A stretch of 64,000 bases of DNA from Alphaproteobacteria bacterium. GTDB taxonomy: Bacteria; Pseudomonadota; Alphaproteobacteria; MPNO01; UBA830. The DNA lies in the NCBI GenBank assembly GCA_964291215.2, contig OZ219791.1:1248001-1312000 (forward strand), in the 5' to 3' direction. The notes under the pieces are model-generated. The model saw nothing but the letters and a program-made list of their open reading frames with translations. It was not told the origin of the DNA and searched no databases. Of the stretch, positions 46,432 to 56,550 are shown piece by piece (positions within the stretch are counted from its first letter, which is position 1; each line of letters starts with the position of its first letter). The translations under genes were made by a program, and so were the position numbers.

Positions 46432-47142
46432 ATGACCAGACGGCCCCATCTTCTCATCGTCGACGATGACCACGAGATCCGGTCGCTGCTGTCACGTTTT
46501 CTCGCCCGCCATGGCTTTCGGGTCGCGACCGTGGCGAACGGCAGCGATTCGCCGTGGGAGACGCGGACGTTCGACCTCATAATCCTCGACTTGATGCTGC
46601 CCGGCGAGGACGGCCTTGCGATCTGCCGCCGCATCCGGCGCGAGAGCAGCGTACCGATCATCATGCTGACGGCGCTCGACACCGATACCGATCGCATCAT
46701 CGGGCTTGAGGTCGGCGCCGACGACTATCTCGCCAAGCCGTTCAATCCGCGCGAGCTTCTCGCCCGCATTCGGGCGGTGCTGCGGCGTGCGGAAAACGCG
46801 GTTGTTGCGGAGGAAAGTCAAGACGGCATCTATGGCTTCGAGGGCTGGGCTCTCGACAGCGGGCGGCGCACGCTCCACGATCCCGACGGTGAGCCCGTGG
46901 CGCTGACCGCCGGGGAGTTCGACCTCCTCGCCGCGCTTGTTCACCGCGCCGACCGTATCGTGAGCCGTGAACAGTTGATGGACATTCTCCATGGCCGCGA
47001 GGCCGGACCGTTCGACCGCAGCATCGATGTCCAGATAAGCCGCCTCAGGGGCAAGATAGAGAAATCCCCGTCCGAACCGCAGCTTGTCAAGACGGTCCGC
47101 GGCCAGGGCTACGTGATTGCCGCACGGGTCACGCGGTCATGA
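46432..47142 (+). CDS. OmpR-family response regulator
   Basis: IVDDD, LDLMLPGEDG, GADDYLAKPF, FDRSIDVQISRLR, KTVRG.GY. Confidence 0.93.
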   Translation: MTRRPHLLIVDDDHEIRSLLSRFLARHGFRVATVANGSDSPWETRTFDLIILDLMLPGEDGLAICRRIRRESSVPIIMLTALDTDTDRIIGLEVGADDYLAKPFNPRELLARIRAVLRRAENAVVAEESQDGIYGFEGWALDSGRRTLHDPDGEPVALTAGEFDLLAALVHRADRIVSREQLMDILHGREAGPFDRSIDVQISRLRGKIEKSPSEPQLVKTVRGQGYVIAARVTRS

Positions 47143-48524
47143 GTCGGCGATCGCACGGCAGGCGCTTGGTCCCCCAGGGGCTGGCAAGCTGGCTCAGCCT
47201 TTTGCTGGTCGCCGCGGTGGCGGCGACGGCGTCGTTCGGGCTTGCGGTCTGGTGGATACAGGACAGCCGGCTCGCGGGCATCGGGGCCGACCGGAAGATG
47301 CTCCAGCGGATCGTCGCGCGGGTCGTGCCGGCGGTACTGCTCCTCGAGCGGACCGAACCGCAGGACCGGCAGCGGCTGCTCGATGCGGTCAGCGGCCGCC
47401 CGCTCCGCATCCAGCTGCATTCCGGGAGTTTGCCGGAGACGCTTCCCGGTGTCCCGGCCACTCCGGAACTCGACCGGTTCGTCCGGTCTCGGCTCGGGCC
47501 GCTCGCCGGGCGCGATGTCGGGATCTGGGCTCATCGCGGCGGCGGCGACAGGTTCTACCGGCGGCCCGGCCTGCGGCTCGCGATTCCGCTGGCCTCCGGC
47601 GGCTGGGCCGAGGTCGGCATCCGGCCCGTCCGGCGGCGGCCGGGTCCGGTATTCCTGATCTGGCTCGGCGCGACCGCGATCCTCGTCGGCCTGTCCGCGG
47701 CATGGGCCGGGTGGCGCCTTACGAGGCCGCTCAGCCGGCTCGCCGAAGCGACGGAACGCTTCAACCTCGACGGTGAGGAGAATCCGCTCCCCGAGACCGG
47801 TCCGCGCGAAGTGCGCAACGCGGCCTACGCCTTCAACCGCATGACGGTACGGATCCGCCGCCTGGTCGAGGAGCGGACACTTCTTCTCGCTGCGCTGTCC
47901 CACGATCTCAAGACCTTCCTGACGCGGCTGAGACTGCGCATGGAAATGGTCGAGGACCCGGAACAGCGCCGGAAGGGTATCTCCGACATAGCGGAAATGC
48001 AGTCGGTGCTCGATGCGACGCTCGGGCTCGCGCGCGACGAGACTCGGGGCGAAAGGCCGGTGGCGGTCGATCTCGCAGGCCTGCTTCGCACCGTCGCCGA
48101 GCGCCACCGGGAACTCGGCCGGAAGGTGTCCTACCACGGGCCGGAGCAGCTTGCGTTCCACGGCCGTGCGACCGCGCTCGGCCGGTGTTTCGAGAATCTC
48201 GTCGACAACGCGGTGAAGTATGGCGGCGAGGCCGAGATTCTGCTCGAGCGTGAGGACGGTGGCGCCGTCGTCAGGATCCGGGATCGCGGTCCCGGAATAG
48301 CGCCCGAACACCGGGAGGCGGTGCTGGCACCGTTCTTCCGGCTCGAATCCTCGCGCAGTCGCGACACCGGAGGCGTAGGGCTCGGGCTCGCCGTCGCCCG
48401 CACGGTGGTCGACCGCCACGGCGGCACGCTGTTGCTGGAAGACCGCGATGGTGGCGGGCTTGAAGTGTTGGTGATGCTGCCCCAGCAGATGCGGCGGCCG
48501 ACAGCTGACAGCGGCGCGGATTGA
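47139..48524 (+). CDS. Sensor histidine kinase (HAMP-HisKA-HATPase)
   Basis: Two TM helices, SHDLKT, NLVDNAVKY, DRGPG, GLGL. Confidence 0.92.
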   Translation: MSRRSHGRRLVPQGLASWLSLLLVAAVAATASFGLAVWWIQDSRLAGIGADRKMLQRIVARVVPAVLLLERTEPQDRQRLLDAVSGRPLRIQLHSGSLPETLPGVPATPELDRFVRSRLGPLAGRDVGIWAHRGGGDRFYRRPGLRLAIPLASGGWAEVGIRPVRRRPGPVFLIWLGATAILVGLSAAWAGWRLTRPLSRLAEATERFNLDGEENPLPETGPREVRNAAYAFNRMTVRIRRLVEERTLLLAALSHDLKTFLTRLRLRMEMVEDPEQRRKGISDIAEMQSVLDATLGLARDETRGERPVAVDLAGLLRTVAERHRELGRKVSYHGPEQLAFHGRATALGRCFENLVDNAVKYGGEAEILLEREDGGAVVRIRDRGPGIAPEHREAVLAPFFRLESSRSRDTGGVGLGLAVARTVVDRHGGTLLLEDRDGGGLEVLVMLPQQMRRPTADSGAD

Positions 48525-48695
48525 CCGGGCATCGCGGACCCGTCAGCCAAGGGTGCCGTCGGCGCCGGGGTCGGACGGGTCCGGCCGGCGCAGCGTCCGC
48601 CGCCGGGGAGTTGGGGCCGATTGTCGGCGAGCCCTGCGCCGGTGCTGTCGTCGGGCGAACCGTGGACGCGGCGCCGCGTCCGGGATGACGAGGTC

Positions 48696-49892
48696 ATGTC
48701 GCGTGACCGCGTCAGCTTCCTTTTTCTCAATGTCGGGCACTTCCTCGACCACCTGTTCATGTTGATCTTCGCGACGGTCGCCGCGCTGCGGCTGGCCGGG
48801 GAGTGGGGGATGAACTACGCGGAGCTCATCCCCTACGCGACGCCCGGATTCGTCGCCTTCGGGATCTGCGCCATCCCCGCCGGGTGGATCGCCGACAAGT
48901 GGAGCCGCGAGGCCATGATGGTTGTCTTCTTCTCCGGCATCGGGGCGAGCTCGATCGTAACGGCGCTCGCGGACACCCCTGTCGGGATCGTGCTCGGACT
49001 GTTCGCGATCGGCGTTTTCGCCGCGATCTACCATCCGGTCGCACTCGCACTGGTGGTGCAGGGCCGAGAGAAGCCGGGCATTCCGCTTGCGATCAATGGC
49101 GTGTTCGGCAATTTCGGAGCTGCGGTGGCGGCGCTGCTGACCGGTTGGCTGATTGATACCGGCGGCTGGCGCAGCGCGTTCGTCCTGCCGGGTGCGGTCG
49201 CCATCGGCGTCGCCTATGCCACCTTCCTGTGGACGGGACGCAGCAGGACCGTTCCGCCCGGCAGGGGCGGGAAGACCGCCGGCCCGGCCGCCGCCTCGCC
49301 GGTCGGGCGCGCGGTGTTTCTTAGCGTGCTCTCGGTCGTCGTGTTCACGACCGCGATCGGCGGGCTGATATTTCAGAGCACGACCTTCGCGTTGCCCAAG
49401 ATCTTCGATGAACGGCTGGCCGGGCTGGCGGGGTCCGCAACCGCGGTCGGCGGCTATGTGTTCCTGGTGTTTGCGGTGGCGGCGCTCGCTCAACTCGCGG
49501 TGGGCTATCTCGTCGACCGCTACCCGATGCGCACCGTGTTCACGGTCGTCGCCGGGCTTCAGGCGCTCCTGTTTGCGGTCATGTACGAACTCACGGGGAT
49601 TGCCGCACTCGTCGTCGCGCCTGCCTTCATGCTCGCAGTGTTCGGGCAGATCCCCATCAACGACGTGCTCGTGGTGCGGATCGCGAGCAGCGCGTGGCGC
49701 AGCCGCCTTTACGCCATTCACTACATCGTAACCTTCTCGGTGATGGCCTCGGCCCTGCCGCTGATCGAGGGGATTCATGCGAGCCGTGGGTTCCAGGCGC
49801 TGTTCGTGGCGATGGCGGCGGGCGGCATCTTGGCCGCGGCCCTGATACTGCCCCGCGCCGGCGGTCCGGCCCCGCAGCCCGCCGGTGGATGA
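48696..49892 (+). CDS. MFS transporter
   Basis: About 12 hydrophobic segments; GWIADKW, AAIYHP, GYLVDRY. Confidence 0.85.
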   Translation: MSRDRVSFLFLNVGHFLDHLFMLIFATVAALRLAGEWGMNYAELIPYATPGFVAFGICAIPAGWIADKWSREAMMVVFFSGIGASSIVTALADTPVGIVLGLFAIGVFAAIYHPVALALVVQGREKPGIPLAINGVFGNFGAAVAALLTGWLIDTGGWRSAFVLPGAVAIGVAYATFLWTGRSRTVPPGRGGKTAGPAAASPVGRAVFLSVLSVVVFTTAIGGLIFQSTTFALPKIFDERLAGLAGSATAVGGYVFLVFAVAALAQLAVGYLVDRYPMRTVFTVVAGLQALLFAVMYELTGIAALVVAPAFMLAVFGQIPINDVLVVRIASSAWRSRLYAIHYIVTFSVMASALPLIEGIHASRGFQALFVAMAAGGILAAALILPRAGGPAPQPAGG

Positions 49893-50020
49893 TGGCGCTC
49901 CCGGGGACCGGCGGTCCGGCCTGCCGACGACCGGATGCTGCGGCGCCGTCAACCGGATCCGCAGCGGTTCCCACCGGGCCTCGTCCGTTCTAGTCTTGCC
50001 GCGGTCGGGAAGGAGAGGCG

Positions 50021-50923
50021 ATGCGCACGACACGCCGGGCAATGCTGGCAGGGGCGGGCGCCGTGCTTGCCGCGCCAGCGTTCGGCGCGGCGGCCGGAAA
50101 GGCGCTTTCGAAGCGCATTCCGGCGACCGGGGAACCCATCCCGGCCGTCGGGATCGGCAGCTGGATCACCTTCAACGTCGGCGATGATCCGTTGCTGCGC
50201 GTCGAATGCCGCGCGGTGATGTCTGCCTTTTTCGAGGCTGGCGGCGGCATCGTCGATTCCTCGCCAATGTACGGTTCGTCGCAGGAGGTGATTGGCGACG
50301 CGCTGGCGAGGCTGAGGCGTCCGCGGGGCCTGTTCTCCGCCGACAAGGTATGGACCCGGGCCCCCTCCGGACCGGCGCAGATTGCGGAAACGGCGCGGCG
50401 CTGGGGTGTGGAACGTTTCGACTTGCTGCAGGTCCACAATCTGGTCGACTGGGAAAGGAATCTCGACATCCTCGCCGCCATGAAGGAGGCTGGCCTGGTG
50501 CGCTATACGGGGGTCACCACCTCGCACGGGCGCCGGCACGGGGCGCTCGAGGAGATCATGCGACGCCGTCCGCCGGACTTCATTCAGCTCACCTACAACA
50601 TCGTGGACCGGGAGGCGGAACGGCGTCTGCTGCCGCTCGCCCTGGAACTCGGGATCGCGGTCATCTGCAACCGGCCCTTCCGGCGCGGTCGATTGCCCGA
50701 CCGGCTTGCCGGCCATCCGCTCCCTGGCTGGGCGAGGGAAATCGGCGCGTCCACCTGGCCGCAGTTCCTCCTGAAGTTCATTCTGTCCCACCCCGCGGTG
50801 ACGGCAGCCATCCCCGCGACCCGGCGAGTCGACCACCTGCGGGAAAACAAGTCCGCTGCCTTCGGCCCGATGCCGGACGCGGCCATGAGCCGGCGCATGG
50901 CGGAGCATGTGCGCGCGCTGTAG
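50021..50923 (+). CDS. Aldo/keto reductase with Tat-like signal
   Basis: TRRAML; DSSPMYG, DKVW, QVHNL, IPAT. Confidence 0.85.
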   Translation: MRTTRRAMLAGAGAVLAAPAFGAAAGKALSKRIPATGEPIPAVGIGSWITFNVGDDPLLRVECRAVMSAFFEAGGGIVDSSPMYGSSQEVIGDALARLRRPRGLFSADKVWTRAPSGPAQIAETARRWGVERFDLLQVHNLVDWERNLDILAAMKEAGLVRYTGVTTSHGRRHGALEEIMRRRPPDFIQLTYNIVDREAERRLLPLALELGIAVICNRPFRRGRLPDRLAGHPLPGWAREIGASTWPQFLLKFILSHPAVTAAIPATRRVDHLRENKSAAFGPMPDAAMSRRMAEHVRAL

Positions 50924-50959
50924 GGCCGCGCCGCCGGGGACGGCATAGAGAGGCCCGCA

Positions 50960-51628
50960 ATGGCAGGAAGCTGGGCGCTGGAGGACTTTCTGCCATTCTC
51001 GCCGCAGGCCTACTGGCGACTGTTCGCGCTGGAGAACGAGGCGGTCTGGCCGGCCCAGCTACTGCTGGTGACGGCGGGGGCGCTGCTCGTCCTCTTGCTG
51101 CTGCGGGGCAGGCAGCCTTCCTTTCGGTGGCTTGGCCCGGCGCTCGGAGCGGCCTGGATCTGGGCCGGCTGGCAGTTCGTGGCGATGCGCTACGGCACGC
51201 TTAACTGGGCCGCGCCGACGCTTGCCTGGGGATTCTACGCCGAAGGCGCGCTCCTGGCGGCGCTCGGCCTCTCGGGGCGGCCGGCATTCGCCGCACGGGA
51301 GAAATCCCGGGCGGGCATCGGGCTTGTCGCGGCGGCGCTTCTGGTCTGGCCGGTCCTGGCACCTCTCGACGGGCGGCCGTGGCGCGAGGCGGAGGTGTTC
51401 GCGGTCGCGCCCGACCCGACCGCGGCCGCCACGCTCGCCCTGCTTGCGCTCGCCGCGCGCGGCAAGTGGAGCACGCTCCTCTGCGTCGCTCCGGTGCTGT
51501 GGCTTGCAGCCTCCGCGCTCACGCTCCTCACCATGGGCGCCTGGCAAGGCTGGGCGGTGCTTGCGGTCCTGCTCGCCGGCGTCGCCGCCTGCGCCCTGCT
51601 GCGGAAAGGGACCACGGACGGCTCGTGA
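50960..51628 (+). CDS. Membrane protein, DUF6064-like
   Basis: FSP..Y.RLF...N..VWP.Q, NWAA, APDPTA.AT. Confidence 0.65.
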   Translation: MAGSWALEDFLPFSPQAYWRLFALENEAVWPAQLLLVTAGALLVLLLLRGRQPSFRWLGPALGAAWIWAGWQFVAMRYGTLNWAAPTLAWGFYAEGALLAALGLSGRPAFAAREKSRAGIGLVAAALLVWPVLAPLDGRPWREAEVFAVAPDPTAAATLALLALAARGKWSTLLCVAPVLWLAASALTLLTMGAWQGWAVLAVLLAGVAACALLRKGTTDGS

Positions 51629-51663
51629 ACGCCGCCAATTCCCTCGTGAACGCCGCCAATTCC
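51622..51663. repeat. 21-bp tandem duplication
   Basis: CTCGTGAACGCCGCCAATTCC twice. Confidence 0.95.
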
Positions 51664-51858
51664 CAAGACTTTCCCCACGCTGCATTCGATCTTGCCAACT
51701 GCTGATGGAGGGAGGTTGTACAGGCTCGACCCTCCTGGGTTTTCTGGCCGCGGGGCCGTCCACGGGTCGCCGCAGCCGGAAAACCTGGCAAGAATGCGGA
51801 AATTTGTGCTCCGTTCAGCGGTCATTCAAAACACCAACCACAGCATGAGAAAGTCCTG
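51664..51858. mobile_element. MITE family A, copy 3 (195 bp)
   Basis: CAAGACTTTCCCCACGCTG / CAGCATGAGAAAGTCCTG; perfect 10-bp TSD CGCCAATTCC at 51654-51663 and 51859-51868. Confidence 0.9.
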
Positions 51859-52012
51859 CGCCAATTCCCGGCCCCGGTTGCCCGAGCGCGGGCGCCCGGA
51901 TAGAGTTACGGGCGAACTGCGGAACCTGTCGCGCATGCCCGCCCCGGAGGGGCGGCGCGTCGGTGGCGATGCGGCCGTCCGCAACAGCTGAAACGGATTC
52001 TGGGAGGCAACG

Positions 52013-53017
52013 ATGAAAGTGAATATCAGCCAGATCGCCGCGGTGGTTTGCGGGGCCGCGCTGCTGCTTGCGCCGGTTGCGGCGTTCGCGGAGACGATCA
52101 TGAAGATCGGTTTCGTGACGATCAATGACGGCCAGCACAAATCCGCGAACTGGATTCAGAAGGAAGTCGAGAAGCGGACCGGCGGCTCGATCAAGGTCAA
52201 GGTCTTTCCGGCCGCGCAGCTCGGCAAGATCCCGCGCCAGATCGAGGGCGTCCTGTTGGGCACCCAGGAGGCGTTCATCTCGCCGCCCGGATTCTTCGTC
52301 GGCCTCAACAAGGCGTTCATGGCCCCCGACGCGCCCGGCCTGTTCAAGGATTTCGCGCACCAGACGGCGGTTTTGAACCACCCGAAGGTCCGCGACAAAT
52401 TCCTCAATCTCGGAACCTCGAAGGGCGTCACCGGGGCCTATGTCGTGTGTGCCGGCTCTTCGGCGCTTGCCATGCGCGATCCGGTGCGCAAGCTCGCCGA
52501 CGTCCAGGGCAAGAAGATCCGGGTGCTGGCCTCGCCCATGGAGGTCGCGATCATGAGGCAGCTCAAGGCGGCGGGTACCCCGATGGCATATTCCGAGGTT
52601 CTTCCGGCAATCCAGCGCCGCGTGCTCGACGGTGCGAGCTCTGCGATCGTGGTCATGGGGCCGTCGAAATTCTACACCGCGGCGAAGTACCTCACGCCGA
52701 CCAACTTCACCTTCATCCCGAGCGCGATGTGGACCAGCGCCAGGTGGCTTGCCAAGCTCTCCGAGAAGGAGCGCGACATCCTCATGCAGGTCGGCCGTGA
52801 GGTGACGCCGATGGCCAACAAGTGGTCGGAGGACGACACCGCGAAGTGGGAGAAGAAATGGGGCGAGGAGGGCGGCACCGTGATCCGGCTCGACGAGAAG
52901 GAGCGTCTCGCGGCGCTCGAGAAGCTGCGACCCCTCGGCGACGAGATCTTCCTCAAGGATCCCGCCATCGCGCCGATGTACAAGCTGCTGAAGGCAGTGG
53001 CCAAGGAAACGATGTAG
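52013..53017 (+). CDS. TRAP transporter substrate-binding protein (DctP family)
   Basis: Signal peptide; KVFPAAQLG, GKKIRV, PMAYSEV..AIQ..VLDG. Confidence 0.9.
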   Translation: MKVNISQIAAVVCGAALLLAPVAAFAETIMKIGFVTINDGQHKSANWIQKEVEKRTGGSIKVKVFPAAQLGKIPRQIEGVLLGTQEAFISPPGFFVGLNKAFMAPDAPGLFKDFAHQTAVLNHPKVRDKFLNLGTSKGVTGAYVVCAGSSALAMRDPVRKLADVQGKKIRVLASPMEVAIMRQLKAAGTPMAYSEVLPAIQRRVLDGASSAIVVMGPSKFYTAAKYLTPTNFTFIPSAMWTSARWLAKLSEKERDILMQVGREVTPMANKWSEDDTAKWEKKWGEEGGTVIRLDEKERLAALEKLRPLGDEIFLKDPAIAPMYKLLKAVAKETM

Positions 53018-53103
53018 CCTGCCGGTTCCGCTGGAAGCGGAGGGTCGGCCCGCTGGTCCTCCGCGACTGCGGAGCCTCAATCCTTGCGGCGGACGGCTGC
53101 CGG

Positions 53104-53799
53104 TCAGGCGAGCCAGGTCGTGAACGCGTCGACATCGATGCGTTCGGGCTGAAACCGGTTGACGCCGGCGCCGTCGTCCGACCATCCGATGCTCATGCCG
53201 CCGATCAGCGTGTGGTCGGCGCCGATGCCGAACATCCGGTGCGCGACATGCGGGTACATGCCGAGCGCGCCCTGCGCGGTTGCCGCCAGCCCCCAGCCCT
53301 GCGCCGACAGCACGATGGAATGGATGAAGGTGCCGTAATCGAGCCACGAGCCGTGCTCGAGATCGGCCAAGATCCAGAACAAGAGGCCGGTTCCGGCGCC
53401 GAAGAACTCAAAATTCCGCCGCATCGCCCGGCGCCGCCCCGCGCGGTCGTCGCGGGCGACGCCCATCGCGTCATAGAGGCCGTAGCCGCAGGCGCGCCGG
53501 CGCGCGAGGAATGGCTCGCGCCAGTTCGGTGGGTAGTAGTGATACTCCATGTCCGCGCTCTCGCCGGCCTCCTCGGCGGCCAGCAGGGCGCGGCTGTAGC
53601 GGCGCAAGCTCTCGCCATTGAGGATGTGCACCTTCCAGGGCTGGATGTTGGAGCCGGACGGTGCCCATCGCGCTGCCTCAAGGATGCGGCGCATGACCGC
53701 GTCGGGAACGGGTTCGGGACGGAACGCCCGGATCGAGCGCCGCGACAGGATTGCGTCCTCGACATGAACGTCCGGACGCTCTAGCCCGGGATCGGTCAT
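53104..53799 (-). CDS. Nitroreductase family protein
   Basis: SRRSIRAF, APSGSNIQPW, NFEFFGA, WLDYG.F. Confidence 0.9.
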   Translation of the reverse strand: MTDPGLERPDVHVEDAILSRRSIRAFRPEPVPDAVMRRILEAARWAPSGSNIQPWKVHILNGESLRRYSRALLAAEEAGESADMEYHYYPPNWREPFLARRRACGYGLYDAMGVARDDRAGRRRAMRRNFEFFGAGTGLLFWILADLEHGSWLDYGTFIHSIVLSAQGWGLAATAQGALGMYPHVAHRMFGIGADHTLIGGMSIGWSDDGAGVNRFQPERIDVDAFTTWLA

Positions 53800-53874
53800 G
53801 TGCCGGCGCCGTTCGGCGGCGATCCGGGCTGGCGTGGGCGGTGCGGGGCCGGTCATCTCTGGTGCCCGGTGGTT

Positions 53875-54120
53875 TCAGGTGCCGACCGAGGGCGTCGGCG
53901 GCAGCCGGCCGCGCCACTTGATCCAGTTGAAGCTCGTGTCGCAGCTGCGGCAGCGGAACATGACCTCGGAAGCCGCGCCTCCGAAGAGCGAGAGCACCTC
54001 AAGGCCGCAGGATCCACAGTCGGGGCAGGACACGCCGTCGAAATCCGGGTCGCCGGAATGAAGCTCGCGATGGCGCGCGGCATAGCCGCCGCTCCGCCCG
54101 GCTCCGCGCTCAGTGGGCAA
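53875..54120 (-). CDS. Stand-alone PaaD-like zinc-ribbon protein
   Basis: CPDCGS..SLFGGAAS..FRCRSC..F.W.K; TTG start overlapping the upstream gene. Confidence 0.7.
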   Translation of the reverse strand: MPTERGAGRSGGYAARHRELHSGDPDFDGVSCPDCGSCGLEVLSLFGGAASEVMFRCRSCDTSFNWIKWRGRLPPTPSVGT

Positions 54121-54889
54121 GCTCGGCGTCCTTGAAGCGGACGACATTGAACAGCCCGTCGGGTAGCGGACCGGTCCGCCGCGCGTCCTCGCGCCAGTCG
54201 GCGCCGACGCTGACCGGGGTTTCATGGTCAAGCGGAGCGCCCAGCATTTCCGAAGCCTGCGCCGCCTCCTTGACGAAGGCGCTGCGCAGCGCGCTCAGCC
54301 GCACGTCGCGGAGCTCGGCCTTGAAAACCGGGTCCTGTCCCCGCGGCGGCCCGAACCAGGCCAGGGCCAGCGGGAAGCGGCGGGCATAGGCTTTCTGGAA
54401 ACGGGCCGTCGTCGCCTTCGCCTCGCCGATGATGCGGAACCAGCCGTGGGCGTATTTGAGGTGGAAATAGGCTTCCTCCCCGATCTTCTTGGTCAGGCCC
54501 GAGACAACGCGGTCGGAATGGTTGAGAAAGCCCGAGGCGAGCATCCAGGTCGCGAGTTCGGCGAGCCAGGTACTGACGATGAAATCCTCCCAGTTCGCCG
54601 GCGCATCGTCGAGGAGGTTCATCGCGTGGATGTCCTCGGGGCCGCGGCCGCGCTCAAGATGGACATAGCCGCGGCCATGCGCCGCGAGGTACTGGTAGAT
54701 TGCGCGGGTGTGGCCGTAATTGGCGGTGCACATGCCGAGGATCGCCGCGAAATCCGGCAGCGAGCGCCCGTTCATCACGCATTCCGCGTACCAGTTGCCG
54801 AGCACGAGCTTGGTGTCGGCAATGGCCAGCAGGTCGTTCTCGAATTCCGCATGCAGTCTGGTGCCCGGAGTCCCGGGTTCATAGGTCAT
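54110..54889 (-). CDS. PaaC-like ferritin-fold subunit
   Basis: LLAIAD..LVLG, YGH.R, KKI.EEAYFH. Confidence 0.75.
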   Translation of the reverse strand: MTYEPGTPGTRLHAEFENDLLAIADTKLVLGNWYAECVMNGRSLPDFAAILGMCTANYGHTRAIYQYLAAHGRGYVHLERGRGPEDIHAMNLLDDAPANWEDFIVSTWLAELATWMLASGFLNHSDRVVSGLTKKIGEEAYFHLKYAHGWFRIIGEAKATTARFQKAYARRFPLALAWFGPPRGQDPVFKAELRDVRLSALRSAFVKEAAQASEMLGAPLDHETPVSVGADWREDARRTGPLPDGLFNVVRFKDAELAH

Positions 54890-54916
54890 CTGACGCTGTC
54901 TCCATGTTGCGGGGCC

Positions 54917-55189
54917 TCAGCCCATCTTGATCTTGGCCGACTTGCCCTCTTCGGTGACGGTGATGATCGCGTCGAGCGGCACGACGCACATTTCCCGCCA
55001 GTGGTGCTGATCGTAGATGTACCATGCGCGCACCTTGGCAAGTTCGTCGTTGGGCGCCTCGACGGATCCGACATGCGACAGGTCGGACTCGGAATCGCGG
55101 CGCGCGAACACTTCGTAGTATTTGGGACTGGTCCCGCCACGCTCGCGCAGCTGGTTGATCTTCTTTCTGCGAATCGCCTGTACCGCCAT
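54917..55189 (-). CDS. PaaB-like small subunit
   Basis: YEVFAR..HVGSVEAPNDELA..A..Y..VVP..I. Confidence 0.78.
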   Translation of the reverse strand: MAVQAIRRKKINQLRERGGTSPKYYEVFARRDSESDLSHVGSVEAPNDELAKVRAWYIYDQHHWREMCVVPLDAIITVTEEGKSAKIKMG

Positions 55190-55206
55190 CGTTTTCCTCG
55201 CGCTCT

Positions 55207-55539
55207 TCAGACCTGTATGCCGTTGGTCCGCATCATTTCCTGCACCTCGGGCTCGATCATTTCGCGCGACCATGGAAGGTGCCAACCTTCCTCGACCACG
55301 ACCCCGCTGACGCCGTCGAGCGCCATCACCGCGTCGCGTATCGAGTCGCGCAGCATGCCGGCACCGGGGCAGCCCATGCACGGGATGCAGACCGCCACGC
55401 GCACGGTGCCGTCGTCCGCGATGTCGATGTCGCGCAGCATCCCCATGCGCCGGAGGCTGACCGGCACGTGAGGATCGTTGACCGTCTCGAGCGCGGCAGT
55501 GACATCGTCTCGGGATGGCGGTGGAGGCGCGGCGGCCAT
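55207..55539 (-). CDS. DUF59/FeS_assembly_P protein (PaaD N-terminal-like)
   Basis: L.TV.DP..PVS...MG, GCPG, PWS. Confidence 0.8.
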   Translation of the reverse strand: MAAAPPPPSRDDVTAALETVNDPHVPVSLRRMGMLRDIDIADDGTVRVAVCIPCMGCPGAGMLRDSIRDAVMALDGVSGVVVEEGWHLPWSREMIEPEVQEMMRTNGIQV

Positions 55540-55562
55540 GGCGGGATCGTAGCCCTACGCCG

Positions 55563-56516
55563 TTACCAGAGGTCGTTGCCCCAGACCTCGGAGAGCACGC
55601 GGCTGATCGAGGGCACCTTGTGCTTCGAGCCCCGCTTCCAGATCTCGATCTGCTCTTCCCAGCTGATCGTCGTGGCGTAGTCCCAGGTGCGGGTTTCCTC
55701 GTCGAGGGCGATCGGGGGTTCGTAGTCGAGTACGTATCGGCCTTCGTCCTCATCCCAGTGGGCGGGGACCTTGATGCCGACGCTCTCCGAGAACGGGACG
55801 ATGCGCGAGAGCCATTTCTGGCGCATCTCGTCGTTGGAGGCGCCGCGGATACGGTAGCGGATCTGGTCGGTCCGGGTCTTCAGGTGATCGGGCAGGCCGA
55901 ACCAGGCGGCACAGAGCGGAAAATAGAAATCCACCGATTCCTGCACGCGCCGCCGGGCCGCCTCCGAGTGGTTCCAGAAAAACCGCACCCAGCGCTCGCC
56001 GTGGCTCACGTGGAAGGTCTCTTCGTAATTGACCTTGCGGAGCGAGCGGGCAAACGGAGCGTAGGAGCAATTCTCCTCGAGATCGACTGTCGTGATGTAG
56101 CCAGCACGGTCGCCGTAGCACATCGAGACGACGGATTCGATGTAGTCCTCGTGGGGAAATTCCAGCATCTGAAAGGTTCGCCACTCCTCGGGATCGCGCT
56201 CGAACAGGAACCTGTGCGTGTCGTATCCGAAATCCTCGAGGATGCGGTACATCATCTGCGCGTGTCCGAGCTCGTCCTGGCAGGCGGCGGCGATCGCAAT
56301 CTTGTCCTCGAGCGTCGGCGATGTCCTGATCGCCGGCGAATAGGTGGGCAGGGTGACGACCTCGAGATCGGCGGCGATGTGGATGGTGTTGACCAGCACG
56401 TTGCGGTAGCGCGGGGTCATCTCCTCGACATCTTCGAGCTTCTGCCCCGACGCCACGCGCTCCTGCAGGGCGCGCTCGCGCGGATCTTCCCGTTTGTCCT
56501 TGACTGCTGCGTCCAT
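55563..56516 (-). CDS. PaaA-like diiron oxygenase subunit
   Basis: PTLEDK, QDELGH, SY.P.AR.L..V..EETFH, RQKW. Confidence 0.82.
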   Translation of the reverse strand: MDAAVKDKREDPRERALQERVASGQKLEDVEEMTPRYRNVLVNTIHIAADLEVVTLPTYSPAIRTSPTLEDKIAIAAACQDELGHAQMMYRILEDFGYDTHRFLFERDPEEWRTFQMLEFPHEDYIESVVSMCYGDRAGYITTVDLEENCSYAPFARSLRKVNYEETFHVSHGERWVRFFWNHSEAARRRVQESVDFYFPLCAAWFGLPDHLKTRTDQIRYRIRGASNDEMRQKWLSRIVPFSESVGIKVPAHWDEDEGRYVLDYEPPIALDEETRTWDYATTISWEEQIEIWKRGSKHKVPSISRVLSEVWGNDLW

Positions 56517-56550
56517 CTTGCTCCTGCTCCCGTCTGTCGTGATTGGTGGT

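Noticed and set aside
45562-47142. 526-aa ORF as an extended response regulator
   Set aside because: The extension overlaps the opposite-strand Spy-like gene; the real start is about 46432.
51622-51870. Possible CRISPR or repeat array
   Set aside because: Only a two-unit duplication plus a TSD; no spacers or cas genes in the window.
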